Below, in pieces: positions 1-11,841 of a stretch of 64,000 bases of DNA. Every line of letters starts with the position of its first letter. Positions within the stretch are counted from its first letter, which is position 1. Below the pieces are notes generated by a model. The model did no database searches. It was not told the DNA's origin and saw only the letters and a list, made by a program, of their open reading frames with translations. Source of the stretch: Pelagomonas calceolata (taxonomy: Eukaryota); contig CAKKNE010000002.1 of the NCBI GenBank assembly GCA_918797485.1, forward strand, positions 1,984,001 through 2,048,000. The letters run 5' to 3'. The translations under genes were made by a program, and so were the position numbers.

Positions 1-2192
1 CGACGAGCTCATTTGTGCGGGCAACATTTCAATACTAAGATATATGGTCGAGGCGGGAGGCGTCGTCGAGACCGTATCCCTAAAGGTTCCTGGGGAAGAT
101 CGCGCGGACACGACCTTTACTGGAGAATTTACGTTCGAACCGGCAGTCGTCGGCACTTGCGTCTTTACCCTGTATGAAGGCCGAAACCTAGCGAACATGG
201 ATTCCGTGGGCAAGCAGGACCCCTACGTGAAACTCACGCTAGGCGACACGACGAAACAGTCGAAAACTTGTGAAGATGGCGGCACGGATCCCTATTTTGA
301 AGAGGAGGAGCTCGTGCTGTGGATCGACGACACGGCCTGGACCGAGGACTTATTGGTGCAGGTCTACGACGAAGATGTGGGGCTGGATGATCTCATTGGC
401 CAGTCCCATGTGCCTCTGTTGCCCTACATGGCGGTGCCGCCGCAACACGCCAAGGAACAAGTTTTCGAGCTGTTTAACAAAGTCGACGCGAAGAAACACC
501 GCGGGGAGTTACTGATGAAATTGCAATTCCTACCAGCTGGTAAATTGACGATCAGATGTCTCAGCGCGAAGGGTTTGAGGAATCGAGACACCTTGGGAAG
601 GCAGGACCCCTACGTCATCTTCACGACGTCGGGGGAATGCCACCGCATCCAGGAACGAACGCATGTCGACCAGGACGGCGGCACGGAGCCGACGTGGGAC
701 TGCGACGTCGAGATGAGGGTCGTCGACCACCACGAGCTCTGGATCGAGTGCTACGACCACGACGCGATCGGGTCGGACGACCTCATCGGGAAGTGCAAAC
801 TGTCGTTATTGCCCGTATTTAAAAGAGGTTTAATTGATACCTGGGTGACGATCAAGGAGGAGACGGAGTGGGGCAAGCCGAAGCCCGCCGGCGACATCCA
901 CCTCATATTTGAATTTGAGGCGCCGCCGGGCATTCGGTATCCCCAGCACGCCCCGGGCATCGACTCCTTCGACGAGAAGGACCGTATTAGCAAGTTAGCT
1001 GAGGAGTTGAAGGCGAAACAAATTGCCGAGCTCGATGCGGGCCGCAAGGATAAAGCCGAATTAGCCGATCAAATCTTGGATCGCCAACGAGCCGCGAAAC
1101 GCGTACGCACGACGGAGTTCACGGACGGAGAGATCGAAGCAGCGTTCAAGTTTATAGATTTGGACCATAATGGGTATGTGGGAGCCGCGGAAATAAGGCA
1201 TGTACTCGTATGTATGGGCGAACTCATCACGGACGAGGAGGTGGACATGATGATCAAGATGGTCGACTCCGACGGCGACGGCCAAGTTTCGTTTACGGAG
1301 TTCTATAATGTGGTCACGGACCCCGACCCGGCGCACACGGACTTCGTGAAGATGGCGGCCCAGGAGGAAGAAGATCCGGCGCAATCGGGCGACCCGGGCC
1401 AGATGGACGCCAAGGCCCACGAGCGCCACAAGGAGATTACTCTCAGAAATAAGAAGCGCGAGATGATGGAGGCGTTTACCGTTTTTTGTCAGTGTGGCAA
1501 ACTTCAAGCTGTGCTTCAATTTGACGCGTGTCGCGGTTCGCGTGAGGTGTTGCTCTCTGAATATGGATCTCTTGGAGATCGTGTCCGAGTTTGGGCCGCT
1601 CCGAGGGCCGCGGAGTACTCACCGGTCGATGTCCCCACAGGTCGAGAACGGCGTCGGCCCCGCGGAGGTGCTGCACTGCTACTCGAAGTTCCTGCAACTC
1701 CCGCAAGAACGGAGGGTGGACTGCAAGGTCGACTTCGAGACGTACTGCGAGATTCTGAGTATAGAACCGACGGGCGAGACGCACATGTTGTTTTCGCTCT
1801 TTGACGAGGGCGGCGACGGCGACGTGGACATGAAGGAGTTCTTGCTGGGCATGTGCAACTTCACGGCCATGGACACGACGGAGCGCATCGACATGATCTT
1901 CGATCTTTTTGATGAAGACAAGTCGGGCTTCTTATCCACCAATGAATTGATTAAAATACTGCAGGCGAACCACATGCAGTCGTCGGGATCGGTCAAGAAG
2001 AAGGCCGAGACGATCATCCAGCAGGCCGACAAAGATAACAGTGGGACGCTATCTCGCTCCGAATTTGATATTGTGGCGCAGAAGTTCCCCTCGGTCTTAT
2101 TTCCGAAGCTGCGGAAGGAGGACAAGGAGGCGGCACAAACGCGGAACATCCAGATGACGGGGAAGACCGAGCTTGCCTTGCCTGCCGGCTGA
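1..2192 (+). CDS. Multi-C2-domain plus EF-hand Ca2+-binding protein (5' partial; intron 1481-1640)
   Basis: Two C2 domains (QDPYV motifs) and EF-hands (DLDHNGYV, DSDGDGQV, DEDKSGFL, DKDNSGTL). The frame is open from base 2. A GT..AG intron at 1481-1640 joins ORFs 44.. and ..2192 in phase 0. Confidence 0.85.
1481..1640 (+). mobile_element. Introner-type intron (older copy; reverse-orientation homolog of 22497-22654)
   Basis: Degenerate TIRs cagtgtggcaa..gatgtccccacag; the interior matches the reverse complement of the 22.5-kb element. Confidence 0.75.
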
Positions 2193-2333
2193 GTAATGTT
2201 TATGAAAACTAATATTTGTAGCACTCTGCGGCGATGGCGTGTGGGCGGGGGTCTACTACGCGTGCCATGATAGGATTTACTATGTACAAGGGGGAGCGGT
2301 GGCCGCGCGAGGCGCCACCGCTGCTCGGCGACC

Positions 2334-4252
2334 TCACGCCGGCACGGACGCCAGCGACGACGGAGTCAGCGCGGACGCCGTATGGAACGACTCGTCGTCG
2401 TCTTCGCCGCGCGCGCGGCGTTCGATGGTCGAGTCCATGTCGTTGCGGAAGAGCGACCCGGCGCCCCGGATGTTGATGCCGAGCGTGAGGAATGCACTCA
2501 ATATGATAATGATGCCAAGGTGACGGTAGCCTTGCGGACCGGAGCTCCCAAACATGAACATGAGGCCCCACCTGCGCACGATGCGTGTGACGCGGGCACC
2601 GGAACGACGTCGCGCCGATGGCGTGGAGCCTCGACGCCGTCAACGTGATCGAGGAGAACGCCGGCCGCGCACGCAACCGCTCCCACATTGCCGCCTGCGC
2701 CGACGACGCCGGCGACCGCGCCTAGCGCGTTCGGCGCGACGAAAGGAACTATCGCGAACGTCGTGCCCTCGGCGGCCTGCGCGCGGGAACAAGTTTTGGG
2801 CCGCTTCGGCGGCGTCGAGCGCCACGCCATCGATGCGACGTGTTTTGGCGCGGCTCGCGACCTGCGTCAGGATCGAGAAGACCACCAATGTAAAAATCGC
2901 CATCCCTAGCCCCGAGACGTAGGAGAAGCATACGAGCACGAGACCTTCGGCCAGCAACGACACGCCGTGGACCGCGAGCCGCCCGCGCATGCCGCAGTTC
3001 GTGTTCGCCAGGTCCGAGCAGTAGCCCCCCAGCCCGCGCGCAAATAAATTCATCCACCCGAAGAGCGACGCGACGAGGCCCGCCGTGCCGATGGAGAGCC
3101 CGTACTCATCATAAAAGTACATGGCCATGGCGTTGTTGACGTGGAGCTCGACGCCGAAGCACGCCGCGTACTGCGCGAATAAGATCCAGGAGTTTAGATT
3201 CTTGAGGCCGTCCCTTGCGGACTTGCGCATCGTCTGGCGTTGCCGCGTGCCGGCACGAATCGCGTCCCTTAACGTGCCCTGGGGGCACTCGTCGCTGTAC
3301 GCGTATAACGCGGCGGCGACGACGAGCACTATACATCCAGGAAAGTAGAAGGCGTTGCGCCAGGCCTGGTTCCGGGACAGGCCCGCGCTCCGCAACCTGT
3401 GTGGAATCCCCGTAACTGACGCCATCGACGCGAGTTTGATTTCCACGCAGTCCGCGACCCCTCATACACATAGCCCATGATCAGGATCGTGAACCCGCCG
3501 CCGCAGTTCCCCCAGCCCGCCGTCAGGGCGTTGGCCAACCCCACGACGTTCTTGGCGAACATCTCGCTCGTCCAGAGCTGCGTGATGACGAACGTCGCGC
3601 CCGCCACGCCGATGAAGAAGCGCAGCACGCAGAGCTCCGCCAGGTTTTTGGGGAGACCACTAAATAACGTACAAACGCCGACGAACGTGAGGAGACCGGC
3701 CTGGACACCTGTGTGTGGAAATCAACCGGTGAATCCGGGTCGACCGCGAAAGTTTAATTTCCACACAAATAAAATACGAACGGCGCCGTGCTTGTCGCCC
3801 AGCGGCCCCACCACGAAGCGCGCGACGACGCACGCCGCCACGTTGCAGACGTTACTGAGCCAGATCCCGCGCGTCGAGATGTCGAGGTCCTGGCGGATAA
3901 TAACCAGGAGCGGCGCGTAGGCGAACCACGCCATGAAGGCCACGAAGAAACTGAGCCACTGGAAGTGAAACGCGCGCATGTGCGGCCGCGCGAAGGTTAG
4001 TTTGGTCCCGAAGAGCGGCCAGAGCTGGAGCTCCGTCGCCTTGTTGTGCTGGCCCAGGTCGACGGCCACATAGCCGACGCGCGCGACGCCGGCCTCGTCG
4101 ACGGCGTAGGGATACTTCGGCGCCGGCGGCTCGGACTTGGTCATTTGATGCTCCGCGTCGTCGTCGAGCGACCTCGTCGGCGTGATGCGCGACGGCGAAG
4201 ACGGCGTCTTGAGGTCCGGGGCCTCCTGCCCGATTCGCGCCGGATTGCTCAT
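2334..4252 (-). CDS. NRT2: High-affinity nitrate transporter NRT2 (MFS); introns 3709-3777, 3397-3458, 2777-2861, 2572-2672
   Basis: Motifs FARPHMRAFH, ANALTAGWGNCGGG, FGWMNLFARGLGG and GAGGNVGAV. Removing four GT..AG introns gives a continuous frame. Confidence 0.93.
3397..3458 (-). mobile_element. Introner intron in NRT2 (54-nt element plus 8-bp TSD)
   Basis: TIR ctgtgtggaat../gatttccacgcag; TSD tccgcaac (3389-96) / tccgcgac (3451-58). Confidence 0.88.
3709..3777 (-). mobile_element. Introner intron in NRT2 (short, almost TIR-only)
   Basis: ctgtgtgtggaaatcaa..ttaatttccacacaa; splicing restores GAVRVQAGLL. Confidence 0.8.
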
Positions 4253-4460
4253 TTCTCGCTCCCAGCGGTCGTCTCTCGCGCGGCGCAGCACGGGCGCTGG
4301 GCTGGCCTGATTTGAGAAATCTCTCTCTCGAAGATCTCGACGGTTTTTCTACGTCCCGTGAGTATGGTGGTAACGAAGGTATCTCAGAGATTTCACCTTG
4401 CCTAAAATTGATGCAAACGGCGGTCGTAAGGCGGCCGTTCAAGGTCAGAGCTCTTGCTTG

Positions 4461-4482
4461 CTAGTGTCTTACCGACCGCTAG
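4461..4482 (+). promoter_or_regulatory. Recurrent upstream motif CTAGTGTSTTAC..CGCTAG (also 8322, 10113, 13916, 26640, 41955, 43252, 56953, 63635)
   Basis: Nine copies seen, all in 5' intergenic regions. Confidence 0.65.
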
Positions 4483-4689
4483 CCTCAGGTCTGGTCGCAA
4501 AGTTGAATGCTCAGCGTCTAGGCAAGCCTGGCAGCGCACAGCTCGGCAGCGCACGCTGGACTTCGCTCCTGAAGCGTGCACTGCGTTCTCCGACGTCTCA
4601 TCACGCCTGTCGCCAGCACAAGAGCTGTTTGCAGTAAGTGCGTGTACGGCCGTGGCGCGCGCATAGGTGCAGCACTGATGAGGAGGAGG

Positions 4690-7506
4690 ATGACGCTCGT
4701 CGCCCTGGCGAGCGGCCGCGCGGTGCGGGCGCTCCGGCCGCTGGCGCGCGCGCGGCAGCCGCTCCGGGCCGCGACCGCGCTGCGGAGCACGGCGACGCGG
4801 CCGGCCTTCCTCGACGCCAAGGAGCCGCTGCCGGCGTCCTACGACTTCGGCGTCGAGGGCCCGTTATATGAATGGTGGGAGGCCAGCGGCAAGTTTAAAC
4901 CTAAGGAGGAGGAGCACGAGCGCGGCGCGTACACGTGCCCCATGCCGCCTCCCAATGTCACCGGAAGGTTACATTTAGGACATGCGATGTTCGTGGCGTT
5001 GCAGGATATTCTGGCGCGGTTCCACCGGATGCGGGGGCGGCCGACGCTGTGGTTGCCGGGTACCGACCACGCCGGAATAGCCACCCAATTACTTGTGGAG
5101 AGGGCCATCACGGCGGAAGGACTGAACAGAGTGGAGATGGGCCGCGAGAAGTTCCTGGATCGAGTCTGGCAGTGGAAGGAGGACAACGGTGGGGCCATCT
5201 GCTCGCAGATGCGTAGATTAGGAGCGTCGGCCGATTGGTCTAGGGAGAAGTTCACGTTGGACGACGACATGTCGACGGCCGTCACGGAGGCCTTCGTGCG
5301 GCTCCACGAGAAAGGTTTAGTTTATCGAGGTTCCCGCATGGTCAACTGGAGTCCCAATCTCGGCACCGCCGTCTCTGATCTCGAAGTAGAATTCGTGGAG
5401 AGAGAAGGATTGTTATATTACTTCAAGTACGAGGTCGAAGGCGGCGGCTACCTGCCCGTCGCGACGTCGCGACCAGAAACCATACTAGGAGATACCGCGG
5501 TCTGTGTCAACCCCGACGACGATAGATACAAAGACTATGTGGGCAAGCAATGTATCGTGCCCATGAGTGGTGGGAGGACGATCCCCATCTTGGCGGACGA
5601 CTACGTCGACGTCGAGTTCGGTACGGGAGCTCTCAAAGTGACGCCCGGCCACGACGCGAACGATTATGCTATTGGTCAAAGAAATAACCTGCCCATCATC
5701 AACATCATGGACGAGAAGGGGGCGTTGAACGAGAACGGCGGTGATTATGCCGGGATGGATCGGTTTAAGTGTAGGAAGCAGTTGTGGAAGGACATGGAGG
5801 CCGCGGGATTGGTCCTGAAGACCGAACCGCACGTCTCGCGCGTCCCGATCTCTCAACGGGGCGGGGAAGTCGTCGAGCCGCTCGTCTCCACCCAATGGTT
5901 CGTGAAGATGGACAATATGGCTTCGAGAGGTGTCGACGCCGTGCGACAGGGAGACATTCAGATCGTCCCGAAACGCTTCGAGAAGGAGTGGTACAATTGG
6001 CTCGAGAACATCCAGGACTGGTGCGTGTCGCGCCAGTTGTGGTGGGGCCACCAGATACCCGTGTATTACGCGGAGGGGTATGACGGGTACTTTTGTGCGA
6101 GATCGGAGGAAGATGCGAGGAAGCAAGCGACCGAGGCCGGCGTAGCTACGACGACACCATTAACGAGAGACTCTGATGTATTAGATACCTGGTTCTCGTC
6201 CGGTTTGTGGCCCTTTGCCACTGTAGGGTGGCCCGAGAACACGCCTGACTTCAAGAAGTTCTACCCCGCGACCTGCCTGGAGACGGGCTACGACATCCTC
6301 TTCTTCTGGGTCGCGCGCATGGTCATGATGGGTCTGGAGTTTACGGATGAGGTACCGTTCGATACGATATACATGCATGGGTTAGTGAGGGACGAGAAGA
6401 ACGAAAAGATGTCAAAGACGAAGGGCAACGTCGTGGACCCGCTCGACGTCGTGGATGAATACGGTGCTGATGCGTTGCGGTTCTCGCTGGTGACCGGAGT
6501 CACGCCGGGCCAAGACGTCCCGCTGTCGATGGAACGAGTGAAAGTGAACCGGAACTTCTGTAATAAATTATGGAACGCCGCGCGCTTCCTGGAGCCCAAA
6601 ATGGTCACTTCGGGTGGTGTCATCGACCAGCAAGAATTATCTGAGATGCCTCTGTTCGAACGGTATATCGTGTCCGAGGCACACGCTTGTGCCGAGGCCT
6701 CGGCATCAGCCTTGGAAGACTACTCGATAGGCGACGCGGGCACGCGGGCCTACCGCTTCTTCTACGACGAGTTCGCCGACTGGTACGTCGAGGTCAGCAA
6801 GACGCGAAGTGCGGAAGATCAAGAGGCGTCGCAGCGGGCCTTGTCGTATTCCTTCGAGGTGTGTCTCAAATTACTACATCCCTTCGTGCCGCACGTGACT
6901 GAGTACTTGTGGCAGAAGCTCTTTAATTCTGATGGTGCTGATAAGGCGCTCATGACCGAATCTTATCCATCATTGGAAGGTCAAAGCTTAGCGCAGGACG
7001 CGGAAGCCGTGGCCTTGTTCAACGACTGGAAGGAACTTGTTAGGGCTATGAGGAACATCAGGGCCGAGTACAACATCGAACCCGCGATAAAAACGGGGCC
7101 GACGATAATATGTAGTGACGACGCGTTGGCAGATGTTATAAGGAGGGAGACGAAGGCTCTGGCGTTGTTAGCGAAAGTAGATCCGGAGCGAGTGACGGTG
7201 GTCAAGAGCAAGAGTGACGCTGTTATAGAGGACGACGCCGTGCAATTAGTCGTGTCCGATGGTTTGGAAGTCTTCCTGCCCCAACAAGACCTAGCTAAAG
7301 ATGTCAAGAAGGAGTTGGATAGACTATCCACGCAACTAAAAAAGCTCGTCAAGGACATCGGCGGCCTGGAGGGGCGCCTCGGCAACCCGGGTTTTGCGGA
7401 TAAGGCGCCCGCGGACGTCGTCGCGGCGACGCGCGCGTCCCTCGAAGAGAAGCTCGAGCAGAAGGCGACGCTCGACGCGTCGATCGCGGAGCTGGAGAAG
7501 CAGTAA
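4690..7506 (+). CDS. valS: Valyl-tRNA synthetase, probably organellar
   Basis: PPPNVTGRLHLGH (HIGH), KMSKT (KMSKS), WCVSRQLWWGH, C-terminal coiled-coil arm and an Ala/Arg-rich leader. Start codon uncertain. Confidence 0.95.
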   Translation: MTLVALASGRAVRALRPLARARQPLRAATALRSTATRPAFLDAKEPLPASYDFGVEGPLYEWWEASGKFKPKEEEHERGAYTCPMPPPNVTGRLHLGHAMFVALQDILARFHRMRGRPTLWLPGTDHAGIATQLLVERAITAEGLNRVEMGREKFLDRVWQWKEDNGGAICSQMRRLGASADWSREKFTLDDDMSTAVTEAFVRLHEKGLVYRGSRMVNWSPNLGTAVSDLEVEFVEREGLLYYFKYEVEGGGYLPVATSRPETILGDTAVCVNPDDDRYKDYVGKQCIVPMSGGRTIPILADDYVDVEFGTGALKVTPGHDANDYAIGQRNNLPIINIMDEKGALNENGGDYAGMDRFKCRKQLWKDMEAAGLVLKTEPHVSRVPISQRGGEVVEPLVSTQWFVKMDNMASRGVDAVRQGDIQIVPKRFEKEWYNWLENIQDWCVSRQLWWGHQIPVYYAEGYDGYFCARSEEDARKQATEAGVATTTPLTRDSDVLDTWFSSGLWPFATVGWPENTPDFKKFYPATCLETGYDILFFWVARMVMMGLEFTDEVPFDTIYMHGLVRDEKNEKMSKTKGNVVDPLDVVDEYGADALRFSLVTGVTPGQDVPLSMERVKVNRNFCNKLWNAARFLEPKMVTSGGVIDQQELSEMPLFERYIVSEAHACAEASASALEDYSIGDAGTRAYRFFYDEFADWYVEVSKTRSAEDQEASQRALSYSFEVCLKLLHPFVPHVTEYLWQKLFNSDGADKALMTESYPSLEGQSLAQDAEAVALFNDWKELVRAMRNIRAEYNIEPAIKTGPTIICSDDALADVIRRETKALALLAKVDPERVTVVKSKSDAVIEDDAVQLVVSDGLEVFLPQQDLAKDVKKELDRLSTQLKKLVKDIGGLEGRLGNPGFADKAPADVVAATRASLEEKLEQKATLDASIAELEKQ

Positions 7507-7524
7507 GTTCACATTATTACACGA

Positions 7525-8192
7525 CTAGAGGCTCGCGATGATCGCCTTGAGCTTGTTTTTCGCGACGGCGATCTGGTCCTTGGGCTCTTTAGTCTTGACC
7601 TGCGTGGGAACGGAGGAGTCGCGCGTCGATGGCGTGGAGCCTGACGCCATCGACGACACTGCAGCGCACCTTTCCGTTCCCAGGCTGGAAGTAGATGAAG
7701 TTGTTGTCGTAGACGTACCTGCCGGGAACCGCGCGTCGTCGCGGCGACGGAGTCGAAGCGTCGAAGGCAGTGTGTCGCGGCGATGGCGTCGCGGCGGCGT
7801 TTTTTGCCAGACGCGGCCTCGCACTGGTCCGTCAACTGGAGCGCCGACGACAGGTCCTCGGAGAGCTCAATTAATTCCGGGTCGCCGGCGCTGAGCGCCG
7901 CGGCGCGGATCCAGTTCTTGGAGTTGCCCGTTTTCCAGAGCTCGACTACTGGCGATTGCGCGAGCACCGTGCGCACGGCGTCCCACTTGCCGTCGTCGAC
8001 GAAGCCGCTCAGCGGCTGGAGCGCCTCGAGGACCTTCTCGGCGTCGGTCTTGGTCGAGGCGAGCGCCGGCGTCGGCACGAGCACAGGCACGACCGCGGCG
8101 AGCGACCCGCGCTGCAGCGTCTGCCGGCGCGAGAGCGCCATCGATGCCGTTTCGCGCATCACTGCTGCTGCAAGGATGGCAAGTCTAGCCAT
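7525..8192 (-). CDS. Plastid/thylakoid-lumen-type protein, possibly PsbQ-like; introns 7719-7824 and 7600-7669
   Basis: Bipartite leader with a twin-Arg (SRRQTL..PALA). The spliced C-terminus reads LTDQYVYDNNFIYFQPGNGKVKTKEP. Confidence 0.65.
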
Positions 8193-8451
8193 CACTGCAG
8201 TCTGGATGCAAAACTGCAACGATCAAGGTTGCACGATGCAGCAAGATAATAAACGCGACAGCTGCGCTCCGGGTGCTGGTTGTAAAGCCTGTTTTGCTCT
8301 CTGACCAAGGGCTTGAGCTCACTAGTGTGTTACACGCCGCTAGCCGGATCGCGTTGGACCGGCGGTTCACGTGGCCCGTCGTCGTCGTGGGAGCCCCTGT
8401 AGTTTTTTTACAAAATAAACACTTCTATGTACACGTGCGGGAGCCCAGATC

Positions 8452-9478
8452 TCAGGCGCCGTGAAGGACCGCCTCCCCCGCGAACTCGGCGCGGAAGAGC
8501 AGTCGCTGGTATTTGTCCGCATCGAATGGCGACGCCGCATGGAGTAGCTGGCGATTGTCCCATAGCACTAGGTCGCCCTTCTTCCAAGCGTGCGCGTAGA
8601 CGCCCGTCTCGATGACGCGCTCCGCGAGGCGGCGGACCATCGCGTCGCCCTCTTCGACCGTCCTGCCGGACCTGGCGGGCCACCCACTGCGCGGCAGTCT
8701 GCACACGCGCCGCGTGTTCTTCGGGTTCAGGTAGAGAGATAGGCGACCCGTGTCGGGGTGGCGTCGCACGAGCGGCCAGCAGACGTCCGGTTTTTTCGCC
8801 GCGTCGGCGGGCGTGATTTTCTGGCGCTTGGGATCCCGGCGCTCGAGGAGGTGCATGAAGCTCTCCCAGGAATGGACCGACGCGAGCGCTCCGAGCTCGG
8901 CGCGTTCGCTCTCCTCCAAGGCGTCGTAGCCGCGCGCGCACGACGCGAAGCGCGTCGCCGCGCCGACGGGCGGCAGCGCGTCGTCGAGCCAGGCCGGCGC
9001 GTACCTGCGGGGCGTCGTGACGATTTGCCGCGGACGAGGTGCGACGCCGGAGTCGGCACAGCGCGATGGCGCTCTTCGGAGCGGCGAGGAATGAGCCGTC
9101 CGTGTGCCACTCCTCGACGACGTTGAACGCGGGCTTGAATTCGCCGATCTGTTCGCCCTTCCGGCAGCCCTCGACTATTTCTCCGTCGCGCCTCGCGCGG
9201 TAATTTCCCAGGAGCGCCAGGTGCTGACAGCCTCGGACGCCTCGCGACTGGCCCGGCCAGCGGTCGTAGCGGATCAGGGCTCCGAAGTGCTTCGCGAAGC
9301 GTCCCAGCCCGCGCTCGAGCGCTTCCGGTGTCAGATCCTGGTCGCGCAGACATACCACGCCGCATCCATTATCACTCTCCATGGCGTCGTAGATGCGCCG
9401 GACGTCGTCGCCGGTCGCGTCGTCCAGGTCGCAGCCGATGACCTCGACGCCAAAGGGCCGCATGCTGCGAATCTCCAT
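8452..9478 (-). CDS. TauD/TfdA-family 2-oxoglutarate Fe(II) dioxygenase; intron 9005-9059
   Basis: WHTDGSF, PLVRRHPDTGR and WKKGDLVLWDNRQLLH motifs. Confidence 0.9.
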
Positions 9479-9801
9479 GTTCGAAAGCGTCGACGCAGGG
9501 AGGGAGGCGTGCTCGGGCAGCCCTCAGCTTGTGGGCAGCAGCTTGTGGGCAGCCTCAGCTTGTGGGCTGTCTGGAATGCCGGACAGATGCGCGCGCGTCG
9601 TCGCTGCAGGATCACGCGCGGCGATTAGCCGTGGGTTAGAGGCCCGGCAACGATGAATGTACCACGGTGCTTTGGCATCACGAATTGTGAGAGGCTCTGC
9701 TGTGGTCCTCTGAGATTACACCGAGCACCGAGCGCAGGAACGGAACCGGGCGGTGACACGAGTCCTCAGGATCGGTGCGCCCAGCAAGCACTTTATGGCC
9801 T

Positions 9802-10099
9802 TCCATGGCGTCGTAGATGCGCGGACGTCGTCGCCGTTCGCGTCGTCCAGGTCGCAGCCGATGACCTCGACGCCAAAGGGCCGCATGCTGCGAATCTCCA
9901 TGTTCGAAAGCGTCGACGGTCGGTAAGACTTGTGGGCTGTCTGGAATGCCGGACAGATGCGCGCGCGTCGTCGCTGCAGGATCACGCGCGGCGATTAGCC
10001 GTGGGTTAGAGGCCCGGCAACGATGAATGTACCACGGTGCTTTGGCATCAAGGCTCTGCTGTGGTCCTCTGAGCGAGCTGAACCAGCGCCCAGCAAGCA
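9802..10099 (-). pseudogene. Tandem partial duplicate of the TauD 5' end and upstream region
   Basis: Near-identical to 9378-9790, with a 1-nt deletion and truncation after about 35 codons. Confidence 0.8.
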
Positions 10100-10248
10100 G
10101 CGTTTCTCAGACCTAGCGGTCGGTAAGACACTAGCAAGCACCAAGCAAAGTGCAAAGCGCTGCAGAGCTGTCTGTCTCGCGCTTAAGCCAACCACACGCG
10201 TCTAGAACTCGAGTAGCAAGGCTGCGGTCTCGCGTATCAGTGCAAAAG

Positions 10249-11133
10249 ATGAGATCGCCGCAACTCGTCTTGCTCGCCGCGAGCGTCGCGCACTCCTGGG
10301 CCGTCCCACCGACGCTAACGAAGCGGAGCCCCACGCTGCGCAGCCGGCACCTCGCTGTTAATGGAGGCACGGTCGTCGAGCGGCCGCCCTACGCGCTGTC
10401 TGGCTTGGAACGACCGACGCACCGAGGGGCCGTCATGGGCTTTTTGCACAACACGGGCGCGTGGTACGCTCTGTCGGCGGCCTACGTCGCGGCGGCCTTG
10501 AAGCAGCTTCAACCATCATCGTTCTACCCGTCCTTCCTGAGGATAGCTTTAGTGGCGGCGTCGTCCTACTCCATTTATATATCGGACTGTTATCATAATG
10601 CCGACAAACGGAGGGAAGGCGTGTCCGAGGAAGGAGAGTTAGCTGTATTAAGGAAGGACTACCTCGGCATCTCCCTCATCCTGTCGACGAATACGTGGTT
10701 GTGGGCTCATAATTTAGGTGGTTCTCCCATCCTAAATAAGCTTTGTGTAGCAGCTACGGCGTGTACGGCGAACGTGGCCTTCCAGTCGTTCTGTGTGGTC
10801 AATAAATACATCGGTCACGTATTGATAAAACTGACCTTCGCGACGCAGTTCGTGGCCATCCTCGGGACCCTATGTTTGATCGCGGCGAAGTCACCGATCT
10901 CCGCGTGCGCCTGGATCTACGCGGCCTACGCGCCGGGCTTTGTGATTTACGCGACCAAGTTCCCGAAGAACAAAAAGTGGGGCTACCACGAGTGGTTCCA
11001 CGTTTCGGTGCTCATGGGCAACCTCGTGTCGATGGGCTTCGACCTCGGTATTCTTGGTTTGTTCAAGCCCTGCGCGGAGGGCGTCGCCTGCGCGTCGCTG
11101 GCGTCGCGGCTGACCTTCGGGCTGCTGCCCTGA
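10249..11133 (+). CDS. PAQR/hemolysin-III-like multi-pass membrane protein
   Basis: SDCYH, DYLGI and YHEWFH motifs; several TM helices; N-terminal signal. Confidence 0.75.
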   Translation: MRSPQLVLLAASVAHSWAVPPTLTKRSPTLRSRHLAVNGGTVVERPPYALSGLERPTHRGAVMGFLHNTGAWYALSAAYVAAALKQLQPSSFYPSFLRIALVAASSYSIYISDCYHNADKRREGVSEEGELAVLRKDYLGISLILSTNTWLWAHNLGGSPILNKLCVAATACTANVAFQSFCVVNKYIGHVLIKLTFATQFVAILGTLCLIAAKSPISACAWIYAAYAPGFVIYATKFPKNKKWGYHEWFHVSVLMGNLVSMGFDLGILGLFKPCAEGVACASLASRLTFGLLP

Positions 11134-11193
11134 CGCGGCGTGTCTCAACGCCATCGCCGCGAGGACAGATATGTTTAATTAATTTTACTACTA

Positions 11194-11841
11194 CTACTTC
11201 TTGACGACCCCGACCTGCGCCGCTCGAATGGTCCGGCCCTTCATCGTGAAGCCCGTCTTCACGACCTGGCCCACGGTCCCCGCCTCTTTGTCTTCGTCGG
11301 GGTACTCAAACAACGCTTCATGCAGCCCGGGGTCGAAGGCGTCACCAACCGCGCCAAACTCCTCGACGCCCTGCGCGCCGAAGGCCTTGACTAATTGGCC
11401 CCGCGTGAGTTCCACGCCCTCGATCAAGGATTCCAGCGACGCGTCGTCGCCCTTTGCTGCTTCTAAAGCATATCCCAGACTGTCGGAGACGTCCAACAGA
11501 CTCTTCGCGAAGCCCTGCGACGCAAAGTCCTTCGCGGCCTGGACGTCCCGCCTCGCAATCCTTCGCGTGTTCTCCTGCTCGGCGATAGCGCGCAGCAGCT
11601 GGTCTTTTAGGTCCTTCTTCTCGTTCTCGAGCTTCTCGAGCGCGGCCGCGGCCTCGTCAACTGGTTCCGCCTCGTCGGCGTCCGGCGCCGGCGCCGCGGC
11701 TTCTTCCTCCTTATCAGTATCGTCCTTCGTGCTCAGCGCGCGCCAGCATTGTCGCCTACTGCGTGGTGCCGCAAGGCAGGGTGACCGCACGCTGCGCTGC
11801 AAGGCGCGGCTCGCCGTGCGCGCGAGCAGCAAGGAGGCCAT
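11194..11841 (-). CDS. grpE: GrpE nucleotide-exchange factor (mitochondrial-type)
   Basis: LLRAIAEQENTRR, FDPGLHEA and GRTIRAAQVGV motifs. Confidence 0.93.
   Translation of the reverse strand: MASLLLARTASRALQRSVRSPCLAAPRSRRQCWRALSTKDDTDKEEEAAAPAPDADEAEPVDEAAAALEKLENEKKDLKDQLLRAIAEQENTRRIARRDVQAAKDFASQGFAKSLLDVSDSLGYALEAAKGDDASLESLIEGVELTRGQLVKAFGAQGVEEFGAVGDAFDPGLHEALFEYPDEDKEAGTVGQVVKTGFTMKGRTIRAAQVGVVKK

Noticed and set aside
2334..4252. Apparent frameshifts in NRT2, acyl-CoA synthetase and TauD as pseudogenes
   Set aside because: All are resolved cleanly by introns.
4317..4395. 9-bp inverted repeat upstream of NRT2 as a nitrate-responsive element
   Set aside because: A single short instance that could arise by chance.
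9515..9570. CRISPR-like short repeats
   Set aside because: Three adjacent 11-mers without unique spacers, no cas genes, and a eukaryotic context.
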